Origin: Candidatus Heimdallarchaeota archaeon B3_Heim | GTDB lineage: Archaea > Asgardarchaeota > Heimdallarchaeia > Hodarchaeales > Hodarchaeaceae | Direction: 5' to 3' | Assembly (NCBI GenBank): GCA_003144275.1 | Contig: NJBF01000010.1 | Location: 61,452-93,451, forward strand | DNA: 32,000 nt | Part shown: one piece after another, positions 26,911 through 32,000 of the stretch | Layout: the number at the start of each line of letters is the position of its first letter | Numbering within the stretch: the stretch's first letter is position 1 | Notes under the pieces: model-generated | The model's database searches: none | Told to the model about the DNA's origin: nothing | What the model saw: only the letters and a program-made list of their open reading frames with translations | Made by a program: the position numbers and the translations under genes

Positions 26911-28839
26911 ATGGACAATAAACATCCCATGTACAGTCGCGAATTAGCCATTGATCATTTAAAAGCTGATTTGATTAATGCTCTTCCCCCAAATGCACAG
27001 ATATCTAATGTTGAATTCGAAGGACCATTTGTTGTACTCTATTCTTTGAATCCGACAGTACTTATGGAAAATGGGGATGTCGTCAAAAGCTTAGCTAAGA
27101 CTCTTCGTAAACGTATAGTTATACGTTCTGATGTGTCTGTAAGAAGAGAAAAGGAAGAGGCTAAGGCCAGAATCCGTGAAATTGTACCAGAAAATGCTGA
27201 AATAACAAACATTATCTTTGATGATGAATTGGGAGAAGTTGTAATTGAGGCAAAGAAACCAGGCGCTGTAATTGGGAGAAGTGGAACAACTCTTCGTGAA
27301 ATTGCCAGAGAGATATCTTGGAGACCTAAAGTGGTTAGATCTCCTCCTATTCAATCACAACTTATTAATACTATTCGCTACACTCTCACTAAGGATTCAG
27401 ATAAACGTAAAAATGCTTTACTTAATATTGGTAAACGTATACATCGCCCACGAGTAATTAGAGATAATTTTATCCGTTTAACAGGTTTAGGAGGTTTCTC
27501 AGAAGTAGGACGATCGTGTATGCTCTTGGAAACAGCAGAAACAAAAATTTTAATTGATACTGGTTTAAATGTGGGTGCTCGGGATCCCGGAGAAATGTTT
27601 CCTTATTTCAGTGCACCTGAATTCGACATAGCTCAATTGGATGCTGTTGTTATAACACATGCACATCTAGATCACAGTGGATTGGTTCCGTACCTGTATA
27701 AATGGGGATATCGTGGGCCTGTTTATGTGAATGATGCAACACTCTCCTTAATGACTCTCTTACAAAAGGATTACATAGAAGTGGCTGAAAGAGAGAATAA
27801 ACTTGTTCCATATAGTCAGAAAAACATAAGGGACATGATTCTACACACAATAACAAGAAGATATGGAGAAGTAACGGATCTTAGTGATGATGTTAGATTA
27901 ACAATGACACCTGCAGGGCATATTTTGGGATCGTCCATCTTACATCTTCATATCGGGGATGGGAAGTATAATCTTGCAGTTGCGAATGACTTCAAAGGAA
28001 AACGGTCACGATTACTAGACCGTGCAAATACTCGATTTCCACGATTAGAGACAATAATTATGGAATCAACTTATGGAGGGCCTCGTGATGTTATGCCTCG
28101 AAGAGAAGATGCGGAAATACAGCTCGTAAAAATAATTAATCAAACAATAAGGCGTGGTGGCAAGGTTCTTATTCCAACCTTAGCTGTAGGGAGAGCACAA
28201 GAACTCATGATTGTATTAGCTCATTATTATAAACGTAGACAGCTAGTAAAGGTTCCTATTTATTTGGATGGACTTATTGCGGAAGCAGTAGCTATCCATT
28301 CATGTCATCCTGAATATTTATCTTCTTATTTACAAGACCAGATATTCAATGAGGGTCAAAATCCCTTCCTTGCAGAAATTTTCCATCCTGTAAAACAAAA
28401 CGAAAGAACTGGACTCCTACGAGGTGAACCTGCCGTAATTTTAGCCACTTCTGGGATGTTAACAGGAGGAAATTCAGTAGATTATTTCAAAAGGATGGCT
28501 GAAGATGCACGAAACTCCATAGTGTTTGTCAGTTATCAAGCTGAAGGAACACTGGGTCGACGTATTGCCTCTGGAGTGAAAGAAATTCGTAGCATTGAAG
28601 ATGGAAGGATGAAGATGATGAGAGTTAATATGGATATCCACCAAATTGATGGTTTTAGTGGTCATTCAGACAGAGGAGAAATTATGAATTTCTTCCGTGA
28701 ATTGAATCCTAAACCAGAACAAGTAATATTGATGCATGGTCTTAGAAATAAATCCCAATCATTGGCTCAATCTCTTTCTAAACGGTATCATGTCAAGGTT
28801 AAGGTACCTTATAATCTTGAAACTTTACGATTCAAATAG
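26911..28839 (+). CDS. fttA: aCPSF1/FttA beta-CASP ribonuclease and transcription termination factor with N-terminal KH domains
   Basis: EFEGP, KPGAVIGRSG (KH), GGFSEVGRS, THAHLDHSG, AGHILGS, MESTYGG, GRAQE, GFSGHSD. Confidence 0.97.
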   Translation: MDNKHPMYSRELAIDHLKADLINALPPNAQISNVEFEGPFVVLYSLNPTVLMENGDVVKSLAKTLRKRIVIRSDVSVRREKEEAKARIREIVPENAEITNIIFDDELGEVVIEAKKPGAVIGRSGTTLREIAREISWRPKVVRSPPIQSQLINTIRYTLTKDSDKRKNALLNIGKRIHRPRVIRDNFIRLTGLGGFSEVGRSCMLLETAETKILIDTGLNVGARDPGEMFPYFSAPEFDIAQLDAVVITHAHLDHSGLVPYLYKWGYRGPVYVNDATLSLMTLLQKDYIEVAERENKLVPYSQKNIRDMILHTITRRYGEVTDLSDDVRLTMTPAGHILGSSILHLHIGDGKYNLAVANDFKGKRSRLLDRANTRFPRLETIIMESTYGGPRDVMPRREDAEIQLVKIINQTIRRGGKVLIPTLAVGRAQELMIVLAHYYKRRQLVKVPIYLDGLIAEAVAIHSCHPEYLSSYLQDQIFNEGQNPFLAEIFHPVKQNERTGLLRGEPAVILATSGMLTGGNSVDYFKRMAEDARNSIVFVSYQAEGTLGRRIASGVKEIRSIEDGRMKMMRVNMDIHQIDGFSGHSDRGEIMNFFRELNPKPEQVILMHGLRNKSQSLAQSLSKRYHVKVKVPYNLETLRFK

Positions 28840-28855
28840 TTTGAAACATTAGAGA

Positions 28856-29344
28856 GTGAAAATGTCATTTAGAAAAGAATTAGGGTCGAAACAAAGGAAA
28901 GACATCATTTCTGCGATCATAGCACCTGGAATTTCACCAAACGTGTTGAAGAATAATGTTCAGTTTGTTCTGCGTGATGAGAAGAAATTAATGAACTATT
29001 TATTCGACAAAGAACAGCAAATTTCTTTTTTTTCTTTTGAAAATATGTATCTACCCACCTTGAAATTTGTTCGTAAGCATGCAGAACTTGACTTCCCTTC
29101 TGTACAGGTCGATGAAGGTGCTGTGAAATTTGTGATTAATGGTGCGGATATATTTTCTCAAGGAATTGTGAAATTTAACAAAGATTTTTCTGAAAATACC
29201 ATTGTTACAATCATCAATCCACAGGATTCTGTATTAAGTATAGGAAAATGCCTGTTTTCTTCTAGAGATCTTTTAACCGCGAAAGGAAAGAGCATTATCA
29301 ATCTCCATTATCTAGGAGATAAAATTTGGGAAGAAGACGTATGA
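28856..29344 (+). CDS. PUA-domain RNA-binding protein (DUF1947/MCT-1-like)
   Basis: YLPTL, PSVQVDEGAVKFVINGADIFSQGI, NLHYLGDKIW. Confidence 0.9.
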   Translation: MKMSFRKELGSKQRKDIISAIIAPGISPNVLKNNVQFVLRDEKKLMNYLFDKEQQISFFSFENMYLPTLKFVRKHAELDFPSVQVDEGAVKFVINGADIFSQGIVKFNKDFSENTIVTIINPQDSVLSIGKCLFSSRDLLTAKGKSIINLHYLGDKIWEEDV

Positions 29345-29462
29345 GAATGTTCGGTAGTTAATGAAAAAATGACTAACATTTTCTAATAACAGATAAATAA
29401 TCTCAATATTTCTCTCGACGCGGATTACTTTCTCAATGATTTGACGGAAAGGTCGTATTTAC

Positions 29463-29852
29463 ATGTCTTACAAGGTTTTACCAGAGTTAAAATATTTACC
29501 AGAGCATGATTGGGCAAAGCGTGACGGAGAATACGTGTTAGTAGGAGTAACAGATTTTGCTCAAAAAACACTTAAAGATTTAGTCTATATTGAACTACCT
29601 GAAGTAGGAGAGACATTTAATTTCAAAGATGTAATAGGGTCGATTGAAAGTGTAAAAGCTGTCTCTGATTTAGTCTGTCCAATAAGTGGTGAAATAATTG
29701 AGATTAATGAAGCAGTGGTAGATGCTCCCGAAAAGGTTAATCAAGATCCATATTCAGAATGGCTTGTAAAAATAAAACCATCGGATCTGGAAACTGATTG
29801 GAGTAAATTGATGACCCCCGAAGAATATACCATCCAAATTTCTGAAGATTGA
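29463..29852 (+). CDS. gcvH: Glycine cleavage system H protein
   Basis: HDW, VGVTDFAQ, lipoyl-Lys motif IESVKAVSD, PISGEIIEIN, NQDPY. Confidence 0.97.
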   Translation: MSYKVLPELKYLPEHDWAKRDGEYVLVGVTDFAQKTLKDLVYIELPEVGETFNFKDVIGSIESVKAVSDLVCPISGEIIEINEAVVDAPEKVNQDPYSEWLVKIKPSDLETDWSKLMTPEEYTIQISED

Positions 29853-29894
29853 ATGAACAATCCCTCTACATTCTGTATTATTAGATGAATTCTC

Positions 29895-30695
29895 TTGGTT
29901 ATCCCCAGAACAAATATTTATTTCATTGGAATGGGACTTTGTGGACTAAAGAGCTGCTCATTGCAAGCTCTTAAAATCCTCAAAATAGCGGATATTATTT
30001 TTGTGGAAACATACACAAATTTCATCTCTGAAGGTAAACCTGAATTTTGGAACGAAATAAAACAAAAATTAGAACCACTATCAAGAAAGGATTTAGAGGA
30101 AAACGACCATCTATTCTTAGAAAAAATAGAGGGAAAAATAATTGCCCTTCTCATACCTGGAGATCCGTTCATCGCAACAACTCACAATTCTATACGGATT
30201 GCTGCCACCAAAAAAGGCTACAAATGCAGGTTAATTCATAATTCCTCAATAATTTCAGCTGCTTCGTCTATTTCTGGACTATCCTCGTACAGTTTTGGTC
30301 GAACTGTAACCTGTCCCTTTCGAAATAATAAAAGTGAGTTTCCTTACAGGATAATACAACAGAATAAATCTATTAATGCTCACACATTAGTTCTTCTTGA
30401 TATAAATTTAGTAGATGATGAATTTCTATCAGTAGATGAAGCTATTTCAATTTTATCAGATCTTGAGATGGAAATTCACGAAAATGTATTTAAAAAATCT
30501 AGTATAGTAATTGGCTTAGCTAAAATTGGGTATAATGATGAATTCATTAGTGCTGGTTCAATGGATAAAGTTGCTAATTCATTTAACTGGAGAAAAATTG
30601 GCCCTCCTCAAGCATTAATCGTCTGTGCAGATACTTTTCATTTTGCTGAGAAAGAAGCGCTTTCAGTTTTATGGGGAGTAAATACACAAAAATAA
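29895..30695 (+). CDS. dph5: Diphthine methyl ester synthase
   Basis: FIGMGL, ETYT, GDPFIATTH, IHNSSI, YSFGRTVT, HTLVLLD, GPPQALIV. Confidence 0.93.
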   Translation: MVIPRTNIYFIGMGLCGLKSCSLQALKILKIADIIFVETYTNFISEGKPEFWNEIKQKLEPLSRKDLEENDHLFLEKIEGKIIALLIPGDPFIATTHNSIRIAATKKGYKCRLIHNSSIISAASSISGLSSYSFGRTVTCPFRNNKSEFPYRIIQQNKSINAHTLVLLDINLVDDEFLSVDEAISILSDLEMEIHENVFKKSSIVIGLAKIGYNDEFISAGSMDKVANSFNWRKIGPPQALIVCADTFHFAEKEALSVLWGVNTQK

Positions 30696-30774
30696 CTTCA
30701 ATGAGGTACGTAATTAAATTCGAATACCAGTATCATTCTTTGATTAAATAAAACAGAATGTAGGTGAAAATATA

Positions 30775-31419
30775 TTGAATAACGGAACAAAAGAAGGAAC
30801 CTTGTTTCAATCCTTATTAAAAGAGTTTTTGAGAGTAGCTTACTTGTTAACTATTAATAAAGATTCATTTACTGTTGAAGACTTCTCATCTAAACTTGAT
30901 CGTACTATAGAGGAGGGAAAAGCATTAATTTCAGTTTTAACTAGCATGAATCTAATTAAAAGATTAGTAAATCCTCCAGACCACTTTAAGATTACTCAAG
31001 GGGGAAAAAATAACTTGAAAATTGTTTTAACTGGAGGTGTGTTTGATATAATACATATGGGGCATATAGAAACCTTAAAAACGGCTAAAGAGGGAGGAAA
31101 TATTCTTATAGTAGTTGTTGCTTCTGATAAAATGGTTGAATCGACGAAAGGAAGACTACCTTTGAATTCACAAGCTAATAGAATGAAAATTTTAGAAGAA
31201 TTAACAATCGTAGATGTTACAGCTAAAGGAAGCCCTGATCCATCAAAATTCTTGGAAACTGTAGTTGAATATGAACCCGATGTGATTGTTCTAGGTTACG
31301 ATCAATCTTCAACCGAAAAAATGTTAATAGACCAATTAGAGAAGGTTGATCTTAACGACATTGAAATTAGAAAATTGAATTTGTATAATAAATTTAGTAT
31401 GAATAAGACATTTGTTTAA
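30775..31419 (+). CDS. Cytidylyltransferase-family protein, FAD synthetase (RibL)-like, with N-terminal winged helix; C-terminus atypical
   Basis: TGGVFDIIHMGH (HIGH motif), LIVVVASD, PDVIVLGYDQ. The first approximately 80 aa look like a wHTH (FTVEDFSSKL..EGKALISVL..LIKR..FKIT..G). Confidence 0.75.
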   Translation: MNNGTKEGTLFQSLLKEFLRVAYLLTINKDSFTVEDFSSKLDRTIEEGKALISVLTSMNLIKRLVNPPDHFKITQGGKNNLKIVLTGGVFDIIHMGHIETLKTAKEGGNILIVVVASDKMVESTKGRLPLNSQANRMKILEELTIVDVTAKGSPDPSKFLETVVEYEPDVIVLGYDQSSTEKMLIDQLEKVDLNDIEIRKLNLYNKFSMNKTFV

Positions 31420-31503
31420 ATTTGGGATAGTTTTGGTGATAAATTAGAGAAAAAGATTTAAAGAACTACGATAATATTATAATTAGGAAATCGCTATGGG
31501 ATA

Positions 31504-31749
31504 GTGAATTTTGCGGGGGGTAAGAACATTACGGAAGATAGCGGTAGGCGGTTAACAAAGGAGGAGCTTTTGTTTTTACATCTATTAAATTATAGACATA
31601 ATCATGATGATTATGCAGTAACGGATATGGTTACGCAAGAGAAGATCAGTAGTGCTCTGGATTGTGATATCGGGTATGTGTCACGTTTATTAAAGAAAAA
31701 TATTAAAAAGAAATAAATTGTGTAAAAAAAGGTGCGTTTGTGTTTGTGA
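31504..31749 (+). pseudogene. Decayed winged-helix (MarR-like) regulator fragment
   Basis: LTKEELLFLHLL..VTQEKISSALDCDIGYVSRLLKK is an HTH. The wing region continues in frame as K-K-*-I-V-*-K-K-V-R, with stops at 31714-31716 and 31723-31725. Confidence 0.55.
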
Positions 31750-31830
31750 ATCATGATGGTTCTTAAATATGTATCTACAATTGAAAGCTCAAAGTACATA
31801 ATATTGTTACAGATTTTGTATCTGTTAGAC

Positions 31831-32000
31831 CGCATGGATCCAGAGGATGTCCGGAGGGACCTCGGAGGAGGTCGGGTCAGAAGAATAGAGGTCCTTAGGG
31901 ATCTGGGAAGCAATAAACAGGGCACACCAATGTAGGTGCAGGGAGTACCCCAGCACAGGTGTGGAGTACCGGGCTCAGGTGCAGATAATCACTGAGCAGG
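31831..32000. repeat. GC-rich segment with short degenerate repeats at the window edge
   Basis: Hand count: 97/170 G+C (57%) versus 17/60 (28%) in the preceding 60 bp. (C/T)AGGTG occurs at 31933, 31956 and 31976, and GGAGTACC at 31942 and 31963. Confidence 0.5.

Noticed and set aside
31611-31935. ORFs 31611-31925 (-) and 31753-31935 (+)
   Set aside because: Both straddle the composition break and have no recognisable domain; likely spurious.
31920-32000. CRISPR array start
   Set aside because: Units are about 21 bp apart, too short and too degenerate for repeat-spacer structure, and no cas genes are in the window.
1-32000. tRNA/rRNA genes, IS elements, integrases
   Set aside because: No cloverleaf or rRNA-like GC-rich structured segment was seen in the intergenic gaps, and no transposase or recombinase motifs were seen in the ORFs.

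Overview
A 32-kb, AT-rich, gene-dense archaeal window. The housekeeping genes are archaeal types: egsA, KH-domain aCPSF1/FttA, dph5, trmI, archaeal glyA, a PUA protein and A/V-ATPase subunit E. They are mixed with eukaryotic-signature-like proteins: a degenerate Rab/Ras-like GTPase, a tandem longin-like protein, a uDENN/longin-like protein with a gelsolin-like C-terminus, an Rpn11/CSN5-like JAMM protease and a 1865-aa alpha-solenoid protein. Together these point to an Asgard archaeon (inference; the subgroup cannot be fixed from this window). The left edge carries an hgcA-like/hgcB-like pair. Its cap helix reads NVWCAAGG rather than the canonical NVWCAAGK, while the ferredoxin keeps the HgcB-type cysteines, including the terminal CC. 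The right edge, after about 31380, shows a decayed wHTH gene and an abrupt GC-rich repetitive tail, possibly foreign DNA or an assembly junction. I saw no rRNA, tRNA, CRISPR array, transposase or integrase. All family assignments come from reading motifs by eye; no searches were run.
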